64,000 bases of DNA from Octopus sinensis (GCF_006345805.1 NC_042999.1:34224001-34288000), one strand, 5' to 3'. Positions 39,756 to 52,989 are shown, counted from the stretch's first letter. Notes: generated from the sequence alone by a model not told the origin. A program made the numbers and translations.

Positions 39756-39960
39756 GTGGGGGCGAGTGGCTTACTGGATAGAGTGTTAGACTCATGATCG
39801 CAAGATTGTGATTTCAATTCCTGCACCGAAACTACAAAACACTTCATTTCACGTTGCTCCAGTCCATTCAGCTGGCGAAAATGAGTAATCCTGAGTAAAC
39901 CTGCGACTACCGGACAGGTGGGGAATAAATACACCATGAAACCGGGAAACCGATATGACT
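39756..39960 (+). mobile_element. SINE family A copy
   Basis: tRNA-like head plus aaaacacttcatttcacgttgctccagtccattcagctg core, as in 324-577. Confidence 0.75.
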
Positions 39961-40019
39961 CGAGGAGATAATTTTACCTTTTACCATCACACCAAATGCG
40001 ACAGTATTAAAGATGCTTC

Positions 40020-40200
40020 AAATAGATTAAAACTTGCTACATGGAATTGCTTTAGAGGAAGGATAGATTTTGAGATTATCTCTCAGTTGAAGCCCAACTC
40101 ACATAGTATACATTCCAATATCCATTCCTTAGAACCACGGGGAGGGGAAATAAACATCGCAAGAAAGGCGAATAATATTCGGGAATTTCTTTGACATTTT
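40020..40200 (+). mobile_element. Possible LINE apurinic-endonuclease N-terminal remnant
   Basis: RLKLATWNC...PRGG resembles the start of APE domains. Short and weak. Confidence 0.3.
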
Positions 40201-41974
40201 TGTATCCCACCACTGAATATCGAAATTGAAGCAAATTAAAAAATAGTCTGCTCCAGGTTCTCACAAACCATATTGATCCCTACGTTTGCAATAAATATAT
40301 ACTAAACTAGAGCATACATATGAGGTAGTTAAAGATATGAATAGGAAATTTTAAATAGGAATCGCATTTAGCCTTGTTAAAAAAAGCTTATTTCGATGCA
40401 TGGACATTCCTCTAACCAGAGATTTAAGTACTTCTTTTCACTTGTTGGGTATCTACATAAATTAAATTATGATAATATTAATTAGAAACTAAACGGGTTG
40501 GTATTGGGATATGCTTAACTTAAAAGTGAGGTGGATGTCTCTATAGATTATGTACAGAAGGAGTGGATGAAGATTATATTGGATAACTGTTAAGCCCATG
40601 TAAACAAAAGTAGCAAAAAGGGATTACTGCACACACTGGGTAGATCGTTCTACAGTCACTGCACAGGGAAATCCCAAAATAGTGGAGAGTTACGCTAGTG
40701 CGTTGCCAACCACACAGTTGGCACGATGGCACAGCTTCTGGTTTCCCGTTATACTTACACACCTAATACGATTTCGTCACATCTTCTAAATGAATCCCTA
40801 CTCATGCCAACCATGTGTGTATACTCGCCAATATATCCATCAACATTTTCATTGAGTAACAAATTATAGTAACGCACGGTCGACAACATCCTCATGGAAT
40901 TCTGGATTTTAGCAATGCTGGAGCAATTGGTTGCATTGATCGGCCTGAACACTACCTACTCAATTATGCACAAGGATCGGTACGTCTCACCAGATAGTAT
41001 GTAGTTTACACATTTCAGAATAATTCACTAGCAGTAACAACTGAGTAAGGTTATTGTTTTACAGGACCGAATGGAACTACATAATATATCTGGATAATAT
41101 ATTTCGATAGTATACCATTTTATTTTGAAACGCTACGTTCTCATACACCGATAAGCGACTACGTGTAAGGTGAAGTGGTTGCAGACAGATCTAGACAAAC
41201 ACATATAAATATGTATATTGTTTCCCCGTATGGGGGGGGATATATATGTGTATATGGGTGTATTTGTATGAGTATGTGAGTGTATACATGAGAGATATAC
41301 AGGACATTAATGAGTGCGAATGGTCGGGTGTGAAGAGTTGTGTAGAACGGAAATTTGTATCGACGCACCCTTTGACTATTTGAAAGCAAATTGCTTGTAG
41401 CTGATACCTTGAACTTCACAAGAAACCAACCAAATATTTCTGATTGATTTACGACAAGGCTATAGCTGCCGCTCCTTCTTATAATTTACCTATGTTATTA
41501 TTGTTGTGGTTATCAATGTTTTTGTCATTCATGGTATGTGCGTCGTCATCGTGAGATATTGTTGTTAGAGATGCAGGTGTCTTCCATACAAGATTCTGTT
41601 GTTCTCCGCTTTTCTCTCGTTTTCGTCTGTCTATTGTATGTGTTTGAAATGATACGATTTTGTAAGAATCTTTACTTTTGTCTCCTAACTTTGATGTAAA
41701 AACTTTGATGTGCGTTCGTAGCACCTGCACTGTGTATGTTTATCTCCTCCTACACGATGCCAATAATGTTGGTCCTAATTCATATTATGGTGCTACATAT
41801 TGTATATTTGACATTTCCCCCCATTAACAATGAAAATGTGTTCTTTTTAATAGTATATAATATTTCAAGAAGCAAACATAAACACGAAAATTACTTACCG
41901 ACGTCGAGAATATTTTATACAGCCTAAATTACCATATTTATATGTGTGCGTGAGTGCATGTGTGTATATGTATG

Positions 41975-42029
<55 letters not shown>

Positions 42030-42099
42030 CGTGTGTGTGTATGTATATATATATGAATATCTATATGTATCTCTCTCTATATATATATGAATATCTATC

Positions 42100-42160
<61 letters not shown>

Positions 42161-42169
42161 GATATAATT

Positions 42170-44226
42170 TTCGAACGCATGAGGAAAATCGGGGCTCCCC
42201 AAATCCTGGGAATTTCATGGGTGTCATTCAACTTAATGCGGATTTTAAGCCATTTTTACATGAACATTTAGAGAAATGTAAAAATGAGAAAATAAATCTT
42301 ACTTACCTATCCAAACATGTATCTGAAGAATTGATAGAAATCATGGGAAAACATGAGAAAGATGAAGTGGTGACTCAGATCAACAATCTAGACATGAAAT
42401 ACTACTCAATTATTGTTGACACTACACCTGACATGACACACGTTGACCAGCTGATAATGGTTGTTAAAAACTGTTATAATGAAAACCCCGTGAGAGAATT
42501 TTAGCATTTTTCCCAATAGGAAACCATTCATCAACGACCTTGATCAACAAAATAATTTTGTCGGGAGCATAAGCTTTCACTCGAAAATATCCATGGTCAG
42601 TCGTATGATAATGCTTCCAACATGAAAGGTTCGGAGAAAGGGCTGTAAGCACTTCTTAAAAAACATTAACAAGTATGCAGACCATGTGCAAGCCATTCAC
42701 GCAACCTTGTTTGGTAAAAGGCAGTGTCTACTGTACCTCAAGTTGTCGACTATTTTGTCATTTTACAGCGGCTGTATGCTCTCTTTTCTGAATCTCCTCC
42801 AAGATAAAGGATTTTGAACACATAGGGCAATCTAGCCTTTCCTCTAAAGGGCTTACGTGTAACTAGATGGTCTGCACACTATGAAACAGTCAGGGCAATT
42901 AAAATGGCTATAGGAATATTTTACAAACTCTCAAACATGTGTGAAGACATAGATGAGAAGCGTGAATGTAAGCGAGATGCAAAGAATTTATACCACAAAT
43001 TGGTAAAATTGGAATATGCTATTTTAACAGTCGTTTGGGAAGTAGTTATGAACTGTTTTAACAAAACAATTAAGAAACACCGAATCCCTGGTTCTGATGT
43101 AATTGAAGGTTACATTCTGCTAGCATCTTTGTTTTCATTCGTTAAAGAAATACGAGAAAATTCAGCCGACAAGATTGCACGCTATGCAACAATAGCAAAA
43201 GGTTTATCTGAATATATCGCTTCAAATTATCCTGATGTTTCCAAACACATTGTTACAATGAAATTTGCAAATGGAACGGGTAATACGTCCTCCTTGAAAG
43301 GGACTGAAAAATTTTGGGATAGAAGTTCTAAATTAAGTTTATGATTGCTTGATAATCCAGTTAAGCAAGGGAATGGACCCATAGGTGCAGATTGCGAAAA
43401 GGTTCAAGCTTCTCTCACAACCGATGAACAATTCAGAATTTTATGAGAACAGTATGAAACTTATCATATCGCATTACAGAGACGATATTGACGACAAATT
43501 AATAAATGAGTGTTATCAGTTCAAAGAGCATTTGTACCTTAGGAAATCCTTAGGGACATAAGAGAAAACACACCTAAAATGCAATGCACAGACGTTTTTC
43601 AGCTTATTCATCAGCAAAAATTAATTGAAGTGTCCCCTAATATTACCAGTGCACATAAGCTCTACTTGACAATGTCTATCACGAGCTGTGAACCAGAAAA
43701 GAGTTCCACAAAGCTTTCCTTTGCAAATAATAAATTTCCGTCTACCATGACTGAAAAGCGCTTAAATTCCTAGAAAAGGATGTTGGAAGGAAACTGTCAT
43801 ATGGAAAAACTGTTGCTACAAAAATAAAGAGTATTTCGTAATTTTCATATGTATCTTAATGATGCATCGTGCATGAATATAACTCTTCCCTAGTTTTCAA
43901 CTCCAATAACTCTAAAAGTATAAGGCTTAGCCTGGGAAATATTTGTAGTGATCTGCCATGGAACAACGACATCGACAAATATTTACCTACAAATATTTAC
44001 CTACACCTCGCTTCTGGTGAGAAGAGGGCTCACTTTCAGATTCATTTTAAGGACACCACGTCACAACTCCAACATTTGGGCTATCAATGCCTCAAGCTGG
44101 ACTTCTTGCTAGCTCACGAAAATTCTGTGACACTTGGTGAATGTTACCCTACTATTGCTGGTTATAAAGTAGCCAGCTCTATAAGATTTTAAGCTTCAGG
44201 GCCCCAATATTGTTGATCCACCACTG
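42170..44226 (+). mobile_element. Decayed hAT DNA transposon (ZMYM1-like transposase, hAT dimerisation domain, 3' end)
   Basis: GNFMGVIQL...FLHEHL...TYLSK...YYSIIVDTTPD..HVDQL; GQSYDNASNMKG; LYLTMSITSCEPEKSSTKL...FPSTMTEKRLNS. Terminus-like gggcccc...ccaccactg ends at 44226. Confidence 0.85.
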
Positions 44227-44333
44227 TAGATATATATATATATATATATATATTTAACGTAGGATAATTTTTTTTTTGCGAATAAATTTTATCAATGGCC
44301 AGCATATTAAAAAATACCTTTAAAGGTTAAAAT

Positions 44334-44689
44334 TATAAACAACTTATAAATAAGGGCAAACGAAAGAATTTCTAATGCCAAATATGCCGAAAATTGGACA
44401 TATTATCTATAACCATATAATTTTTCACAATATGCACGCTACTCAAAAAAAAGCCGACAGCAATTTCTAAACAATTCCATTATTACCATATCGGGCCGAT
44501 TTCAGGGTTTGTTCGTAAGAACCCTCCCTTCGTCAATGATAACCGTGGCAAAGAAATAAATGAGATACTTACTCATACCCATGAGTAGCGTGCATATTGT
44601 GAAAAATTATATGGTTGAGGATAATATGTCCAATTTTCAGCATATTAGGCATTACAAATTCTTTCGTTTGCCCTTATTTATAAGTTGTT

Positions 44690-44693
<4 letters not shown>
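44334..44693. repeat. 112-bp inverted repeat (6 mismatches) with 136-bp spacer
   Basis: 44334-44445 vs reverse complement of 44582-44693. Confidence 0.9.
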
Positions 44694-44732
<39 letters not shown>

Positions 44733-44959
44733 TAATTTTGCATTTGTGTCTGTGTTTGTCCCTCCACCATCGCATGACAACCGATGTTGGTGTGTTTACG
44801 TCTTCGTAACTTAGCGGTTCGGCAAAAATCACCGATGGTATAAGTCTTAGGCGTACTAAGAATAAGTTCTGGAGTCGATTACACTCCACTCTAATACCAT
44901 TGCCCCCACATCCACGTCCCCAAAATTAATCAAATGACCATTTGTAAATTACATTAAAC

Positions 44960-45266
44960 AAAGGGAGCACTCCGTCGGTTATGACAACAAGGGCCGTAGC
45001 TGATAGGATCAATGGAACAGTTTGGTCGTGAAATTAACGTGCAAGTGACTGAGCACTCCACATACATGTGTACCCTTAACTTAGATCTCAGGGAGATTCA
45101 GCGTGACTCATAGTGTGACAAGGCTGGCCCTTTGAAATGCAGGCTCTACTCATTTTTGCAACGTGAAATAAAGTGTCTTGTTAAAAGACACAACGCGTCG
45201 CCAGAATTGAACTCACTGCCTTAACATCGTGAGCCGAATGCCCTAACCACTAAGCCATGCGCCTTC
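44960..45266 (-). mobile_element. Adjacent minus-strand SINE fragments: family C tail (44960-45140) and family A head (45148-45266)
   Basis: Reverse complements of 49280-49460 and of the 324-440 head/core. Confidence 0.7.
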
Positions 45267-47317
45267 ATACATTAGACAAAACCCTGTTGTATATAATGCT
45301 TTTCCAGTCTTCCCAAGTTGAAACTATTTACCAATGTACGCAATACAGTTTTTATCATCTCGTCTTTAATTCCATGTATCATCGGCCTCGGCCATTATCT
45401 ATATGTGCCCTTCCCTTCTTTAAGAATACTCTCCGCCAATTAGTTTTCAAAATCTTTGTTTATGTTTAGTCAGACAGGAGAGCAAGTAGCAGATCTACCG
45501 TTGGCTCATATTTTATACATTTTTTATGATTTCCTTTTATAATTTCAAGTCATATTGTTAATTCGTTTGTATGCCTATGATTTGATGTCTACAGAAAGAA
45601 GTCCGAATTAGGCTCATTGTTGTTTCACGTAATTGGTACAGCAACAGACGCAACATATTCCAAGATTTACGTATAGGCTCAGATACGGTCCCCTGATTAA
45701 AATGATGCTTCGTAACCATTTTGATGTGGATTCACTCCTTACGTTACATTGATCAAATGTTTTCTGTTATATTTGGAAAATTATCATTCAATAATTTGAG
45801 AATCAATTTGCTAGACGAGGACTGAGCCCACACTCCGCACGTGCGTGAGTCTGTGTGTGTGTTTATGTATGTGCCGGGGCTCACATCTTTGTGTTTCTCT
45901 CCCACTGTTTGACAACCGCTGTTAATTTGTCCTTTTAATTTAGCAGTCCAGCAAAACGAGATCGATAGACTTAAAATAAATACTAGGGATGATCTCACTG
46001 ATCAAGTCCAGTCACTGAAGCTAGTAAAATAAAAGAAAAATAACACAATAACATTAGTTTCTGCCTGATCATCCATCCCAGAATGGATACAATAAGTACA
46101 TAAGTACACGTCAAGTGATGTATGCTCTAATACAACCTACACCATCATCATTAGTTACCAGTGGTTAGTAGGGAAATTAATCTAATACTCGTGATACACA
46201 CAGATCAAAATAAGGATTATAAACATTATTCTAAAAACCATTCGTATTATAATACCCCTCCCACAAACGCTGCTTTACGAGAAATATTTTTTAAAAAAAC
46301 TATTTCCGGTGTGACTTCTGATATTCTACATTTTAATTGATTATTGGTGAATTACAATGAACCACTCATCAACTTATGAAATGTTCAAAATTCACAACAA
46401 AGTAATATAAATCTCAGGCAATTGGCGACCTATATAGCGTTGATAAAATTTCATTCCTTACTTTGTAGCATGTGCTAAATTTGCAATATGTTTTGTGGCA
46501 TGCATTTTCAATGTACTGCTGGTTACATAGCTTATGGATAATTATCAATTATTGATCAAATAAGCACGTGTTCATATAAAATATTGATTATTATAACATT
46601 GATTGTGTATATATTTATTGTTGATTTGTTTCTTTATTCCTTGCTGGGATAATGCATAATGATCCGATAATCTCCGGCTATAGGTTCCTGAAGTGAAGCT
46701 GGAAAAATCAATGGATATTTTATTTTATTGATTCCAAATAGTAACAGGCTACTTTTACAATACAAACCGAATAGTTTCTTCAGTAGAATATAATCGTTGT
46801 CATATTGATATGCATATACTTGCTTATTCCATTTCAAAAGCTGCCCTTAAAATCTCAGATAAAAGTAATGATACATTATAAATATGGCTAAGTATAAAGA
46901 GAAATATTTCACATATCAAAGTAACACAGTAGGCAAATACTAACAGTAGACCGTGTTAGCAAATACTCAGTAAAAACAGCTTATAAAAGAAATAAGGAAC
47001 TATCTCGCTGTGAACTATCTCGATCTATAGTATAGCTGTTTTATACACCTGCATGTCACCCCAAATAAGATTAAAGTGATATTATCAAAAGTATTTCAGT
47101 AATGACTGGCTTGTATATTATGAACAATGTGTTATGCGCACTACGTTAATTAATGTTTATTTTTAAGATGTTTAGGTGTGATTTAAGAAAGTGTCAGGTG
47201 CTATATGGCTAGCCGAATTTTGTAAACACGCAGGTCATTTTTTGTTAACATTTAGGATTACTACGAATAAATTCCTACTTTAACTGCACGTGTGCAGTAA
47301 TGAAACCGGGCATTATA

Positions 47318-48513
47318 TTGGGCTGGCAACTACGTTCCCGGCGTCTTTTTAAATTCAACTTTTTAAAAATATTTAACAGTAAATAACAACTAATTAATCA
47401 ATAATGTATTCACCCTTGTTGTTTACAACTTTTCCCAACATTCAACAGGATTTTCAATACCTCGTTGGTAGAAATCACCCAATTTGGACTCGAAAAATTG
47501 ATCCAACCAAGCTTTCAATTCTGCATCAGTATTGAACGAAACTCCGCGCATAGCATTTGAAAGAGATGGAAACAGGTGGAAATTCGTTGGTGCCAAATCA
47601 AGAGAGCACGGCGGGTGTGGCAGCACTTCCCAGCCATGCGTTTGAATGGCTTCTTTGGTCATATTGGTGATATGAGGGCGGGCGTTGTCGTACAGCAGAA
47701 AAACTCCATGCTGCCGATTAGGTATTTTCTCTTGGACAGCCGTGTGAGTCGTTCCATCTGTTGAATATAGAGTTCCGCGTTGACCGTTTGGTTCCATTCA
47801 AGCAATTCGTAATGGATGATCCCTTCCCTCTCCCACTATACGCAAACATCGTTTTACGCGGATCTTGTTTCACGCTCGGTGTCGCTTGTTTACAGGGGCT
47901 AAGCCATTCCTTACGCTGCGCTGCTTCATATTGATGTACATGCACTATTTTTCGTCGCCAGTAATGATTCGGTAAAGAAATCGTTGCATGTGTCCCTGAG
48001 TTGAGCGGTGACAAGCAAGCAAACCAGTGGAGATTGTGGCTCGTTGATTTTTCTTGTTGTCACTTAAAGCATGCAGAACCCATGCTCCACACTTCTGAAC
48101 CTTTCCCATCGAGTGAAGATGCTTCTCTATAGCAGTGTGGGAGCATTCCATTTTCTCTGCCTGTTTCCTTGTCATTTGACGAGAACTTTGGTGCAAAATT
48201 TAGTTTAATCGCTCTTCACTGAACTCATTTGAACGGCCAGAACGAGATACATCTTTGAGGTCAAAATTTCCATTTTTGAAATCGGCATACCAATTACGAG
48301 CGGTTCTTTCAGCTATACACAGCACAAATGTCGCGAGCAGCTTTTGCGGCATTAGAACCTTGATTAAAGGCAAAAAGGAGGTGTCGAAAATGCTCGATTT
48401 TCTTAACTTGATATTCAAATTTAATGACCTGAAAATAAACAAAAATTAACTAAAATTAACAAAATAGATTCCAAAATAAAAAAAAAAACGCGGTAACTTA
48501 GTAACCAACCCAA
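47318..48513 (-). mobile_element. Full-length decayed mariner (DD34D) with TIRs and TA target duplication
   Basis: TA|ttgggctggcaactacgttcccg at left and the reverse complement TA|ttgggttggttactaagttaccg at right. Transposase pieces: HTH (WYADFKNG...SGR), WVLHAL, ITGDEK, DNARPH, HPPCSLDLAPTNFHLF. Confidence 0.92.
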
Positions 48514-48559
48514 TAGATTTAGAATGTAGCATTTCATAGCTACTGTATAATTGGATATG

Positions 48560-48593
<34 letters not shown>

Positions 48594-48595
<2 letters not shown>

Positions 48596-49004
48596 CGCAG
48601 GAGTGGCTGTGTGGTAAGTAGCTTGCTAACCAACCACATGGTTCTGGGTTCAATCCTACTGCGTGGCACCTTGGGCAAGTGTCTTCTGCTATAGCCCCGG
48701 GCCGACCAATGCCTTGTGAGTGGATTTGGTAGACGGAAACTGAAAGAAGCCTGTCGTATATATATATATATATATGTATATAAATGTATGCGTGTGTTTG
48801 TGTGTCTGTGTTTGTCCCCTAGCATTGCTTGACAACCGATGCTGGTGTGTGTTTACGTCCCCGTCACTTAGCGGTTCGGCAAAAGAGACCGATATAATAA
48901 GTCTGGGCTTACAAAAAATAAGTCTCGAGGTCGATTTGCTCGACTAAAGGCGGTGCTCCAGCATGGCCGCAGTCAAATGACTAAAACAAGTAAAAGAGTA
49001 AAGA
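48594..49004 (+). mobile_element. Composite tRNA-derived SINE, family D, with internal (TA)/(TG) microsatellite
   Basis: ggcgcaggagtggctgtgtggtaag head, ggttcaatcc B box, gccttgtgagtggatttggtagacggaaactg core, 3' module ending gcatggccgcagtcaaatgact. Related fragments at 24180, 44735, 45860, 55580, 62705 and 63005. Confidence 0.85.
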
Positions 49005-49084
<80 letters not shown>

Positions 49085-49108
49085 TATATACAGAAAGAGA
49101 GAGAGAGA

Positions 49109-49462
49109 GCCGCAGTTGTCCAGTGGTTACAGCAGCGGACTCGCCGTTCCGATTACCGTACCGGGTGCGGTGAGTGTCTAATGAGCGAAAACACCTAAAG
49201 CTCCACGAGGCTCCGGCATGGGGTGGTAGCCAACCCTGTTGTACTCTTTCGCCACAATTTTCTCTCACTCTCTCCTCCTGCTTCTGTTGTACCTGTAGTT
49301 CAAAGGGCCAGCCTTGTCACACTCTGTGTAGCGCTAAATCTTCCCGAGAACTACGTTGAGGGTACACGTGTCTGTGGAGTGCTCAGTCACTTGCACGACA
49401 ATCTAACGAGCGGGCTGTTCCAGTGATCAAATCGACTGGAACCCTCATCGTCGTAACCGAGT
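49109..49462 (+). mobile_element. tRNA-derived SINE, family C
   Basis: gccgcagttgtccagtgg head; gagcgaaaacacctaaagctccacg core shared with 15728; tail shared (inverted) with 44960-45140. Confidence 0.75.
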
Positions 49463-49848
49463 TATTCAGTACAGGTTAGGCATTGAAGACCGATGCAGTT
49501 TGGAAATACGTACTCAAAAATGAAGATAATGTGTAAGTAATGCTGATCTTGGTTCGTTGTAGAATATTCAAATATCTACAGGTGGCATGCTATCATATAT
49601 TTAAATGTTATTTCGATGGACCATGATTTACTTAGTTCAGTTTGCCCACTTCAGTTTGAAATGTTATTTGTATTAATGAGATATTGTCATAATATCAAGC
49701 ATTTAACATTATATATTATCCTATGTATTTGGAAACTAAAAAAACAGAACGCTTACATACAAAAATCTTAACATTTGTCGATGATTTCTATAGGAGATAA
49801 CAACTAAATTACACATTACAGTTCTATATTTAAGAGATGAGGAATCAT

Positions 49849-50210
49849 GTACATTATTTATATTTGACGGATATTTGTTCTCATCTTGTTTGTTGTTAAC
49901 TCAACGTTTCGGCTGATATACCATCCAACCTTCATCAGGTGTCTTGGGGAAATTTCGAACCTGGGTTCTCATTCCTAAGGTAATTTTCGATGTTGTTATT
50001 CATATTATTATTATTATTATTATTATTTTATTATTATTATTGTTAATGTCATTGCCTGGTATCGAACTAGAAATCTTGGATTTAGTAGCCCGCGCCCTTA
50101 ACCACTACACCATATGCCCGTGGGAAATTATGGAGTGAATTTCAGGGCTTATAAGTCTAATACTATCCTATCCTTCCTTAATACCGGTTCCCATATGCTG
50201 TTCATATCTG
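49849..50210 (-). mobile_element. Repeat with tRNA-like Pol III head (50048-50119), (AAT)n spacer and a minimal hammerhead ribozyme motif (Penelope-associated type)
   Basis: Minus strand: gggcatatggtgtagtggttaag...agttcgatacc, then (AAT)n, then gacacCTGATGAaggttggatggtatatcagccGAAAcgttgagtt. Confidence 0.65.
49898..49943 (-). ncRNA. Putative minimal type I hammerhead ribozyme motif
   Basis: CUGAUGA and GAAA core boxes; stem II ggttgg/tcagcc (with G-U pairs); palindromic ACGU stem III; stem I gacac/gagtt with one mismatch. Confidence 0.5.
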
Positions 50211-50666
50211 CACTTCAAGGTGATGCCCTAGCATGGCCTCAGTCTTATTTCTGAAGGAAATAAAAGATGAAACATAAAGTATGCGTTGTTGAATTAGTGA
50301 CCGCACCTCCAGCTAACATTTCTGTCTTTCAAATCAGGAATTGAAATATGTTATTTATTTGTACAGTTTTTTGTGTTTTTGTACGTTGCTAGTCAGTTAC
50401 ACAGTATAACATATGAAGCTGAATCTTCAAATATAAATATATTCTATACACGTTAATCTCCAAAATACCAAGTTATGAAATATTTAACCTTTAGTGTCTT
50501 CAAATTTAGTGTTATATTCGATATTTTAATCATTATTTCATCATCATTGATCTCTCAGATTGAAAGGAAAGGGGAGACAAGGAAATGCTATGGACTAAGG
50601 CAAGTACGTACTAGTATAACATACCTCCTCATAAACCGATTTTTTTGTGTGGGGAACTGAAGAACA

Positions 50667-50745
50667 TATTGTTGTATTTCGGAATGGTCATTTTGCCAGT
50701 TTAGCCAATAAAAACACACGCACTATATATTTGGTTTTACTTTGC
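50667..50745 (+). mobile_element. Single arm of the MITE seen at 58065-58196
   Basis: tattgttgtatttcggaatggtcattttgccagtttagccaataaaaacacacgcactatatatttgg is near-identical to the MITE arm. Confidence 0.8.
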
Positions 50746-51112
50746 TTCAGTGCTATTTATTTATTACATTAATCTTAATCTTATTTCGACCAGAGTTCTT
50801 TCTCTGAAACAGCTGTCTTTATTAGTTTACTTCACTGAAGAATGGATAGCTCCATAATATTTTGGGCTGGCTTCTAAGCCTGGCGGGAGAAATGAAAGGA
50901 GTTATTTTCATATCAGCGACCAATCTCCTCTTCTTACAAGTGTGGACTTTGTTAAAGTAGTGTGAGACGGCGATGTTACACTGTAACAAGTAATAAATTT
51001 TATGTTTTTCTTAAGTATACATGACTATTCACTCAAGTTCAAGGAGGTACATAAATTCGCCTTTGCGTGTATGAAAATGTGTTTCTTTTGTATTTCTACT
51101 GCTGCTATAGAC

Positions 51113-51226
51113 ATGATTTCAAGATTATGGAAGCTTATTCTCATTTGTATTATCTCTGCGCTGCAAATTTCTGAATCTAAACAAAAATATGTTACTATAA
51201 TTGGCATTGTACGAAAATCTGAACAG
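51113..51226 (+). CDS. Putative first coding exon encoding a signal peptide
   Basis: Pyrimidine-rich acceptor ...ctatAG|acATG; MISRLWKLILICIISALQISESKQKYVTIIGIVRKSEQ (basic N-region, hydrophobic core); CAG|GTTAGC donor, phase 0. Confidence 0.4.
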
Positions 51227-52059
51227 GTTAGCCAGCGCATGTCAAAATTTTATACACTGTAGCTTTCATTATTTTGAACTTTTGTTTGAGGCTAGAAAAC
51301 ATAATTGTCGGACGTCATTTGAATGATATTGTAGTTTATAAGTGCCTGGTAATTTGGCAATGTGATAATTAGTTGAAGAATATCGTGATAAAGATAATCA
51401 TCGTTGTATTATTCAAATCCAGTGCGGAAATTTAGGACATGTAAAATAACAAGATCAGTCAGTAACATTAACAGCACAGAATATGGAGCACAGACTGAAA
51501 GGTATATGAAATAGAGTGATTAGAATAAAATAAGGTTTAAACCATGGATATCATCTGAAAACATACCTTGCACGCAAACATATTTCATAATCTTGATATG
51601 TTGTAATTAGAAGCTATATGAATTGAATATAATTAATATGCTATTACATTAAATCGTATTTTAATTGTCGGCTGCTTCCGAAATAATTAGATGTTAACGC
51701 TTTTATTCGTTGTTCAGATTCTGTTAAATTGAATTCAATTGTAGATGGTCTCTCTTCTTCGTGTTGAGTATACTTGTGAATCAAATATTTGGATTTTTAA
51801 TTCATAAAGAGCGTTTCAATATAGAGTAATGTGGATGGTTTTATTACTGTAGATCAGAAAGTTCACCAGCAATACCTCTCAAGATCTATTTTTGTGTCTT
51901 GAAGAGTATTTTTTGTGTGTGATAGATGTGTCAGCGATTAATATACGTTGAATCAGTGTACAATTGAAAGATTTACCAATGTCATTCACACAGTGCATGA
52001 TGCAACCCCCCCCCAAAAAAAAAAATCTATGCTTAACCCATTTATCATTTACAAGATTC

Positions 52060-52870
52060 ATCCAAAACGTTTGAACCTTTTTCATGGAAAACATACATTA
52101 CAAATAAGTACTAAAATTTAATCTTCTTCAAAGTAGGATCCTCTTGATTTTAAAGCACTTGTAGCGCTGCAGTTACATCTTGAAGGCCCCATCGAATTCC
52201 TCCAAAGGGAAGCTGTCCTGGACACTTCTTAAAATCTCCTTCAACTTCTGAAAGTTTTAAAAATGACTGCTCCTTAGATTCTCTTGCTGCATGGGAAACG
52301 ACCAACATTCACAGTGTGTGGGCTGTAGGAACAGCTTTAATGTCCATATCTATCAGATATTTAGTTACCAGGATGGAATTGTGGGCTAGTGCCGGTGCCA
52401 CCAACTCGAGTGGAAGAGATTTGGCAATTTACTCCTCCACAAGATGGGGTTATTTTATCGTCAAGCCAAACGACGTAGGTGAAGCTCTTTGAAGATAATC
52501 ATGATAATCTACCCGGCGAATAGATTTGGTTGGATTTCTGGGGCTGGGAAAGCCAGAATTCTTCCATTGAGCAGTCTGTCTCTTGGTTTCTGCATCATAT
52601 CAGTAGATCCAGTTTCGTCGCAGGTCACCAGAGACTCAAGTACTCTTGCATTTGTGGTAATGGGTTCAACCATCTCCATGCGATCACCAACGTGCCTTTC
52701 CTACTGTTCCTCACTGAGCACTCTGGAGATAAACTTTGCGCAAATTTTGCGCATGTTCAGATCTTTTTCAATAATTCTATGCACATTTGGTACACCAACT
52801 CCAAACTGTATACTTCTTCTCTTTATAGAGGTACGGCTATCTTAAATCAGAAAATTGCGAATTTTCTTGA
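52060..52870 (-). mobile_element. Decayed mariner transposase fragment
   Basis: Minus strand HRIIEKDLNMRKICAKFISRVLSEEQ...LVTCDET...; C-terminal RYKCLKSRGSYFEED*. Confidence 0.75.
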
Positions 52871-52989
52871 CCAGCTCTATTTGACATCCCTCCCCTTTCC
52901 ACACCGTCCATAGTCTCTCACTCCATTTCTTTTGTAATATCTACTGCTGCTATAGACTTCTTGTGCCAATAAAAAGCAGATGCTCAGCT

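Noticed and set aside
40600-40720. Nuclear-receptor zinc finger
   Set aside because: C-x2-C-x16-C-x2-C spacing and the missing second finger do not fit the family.
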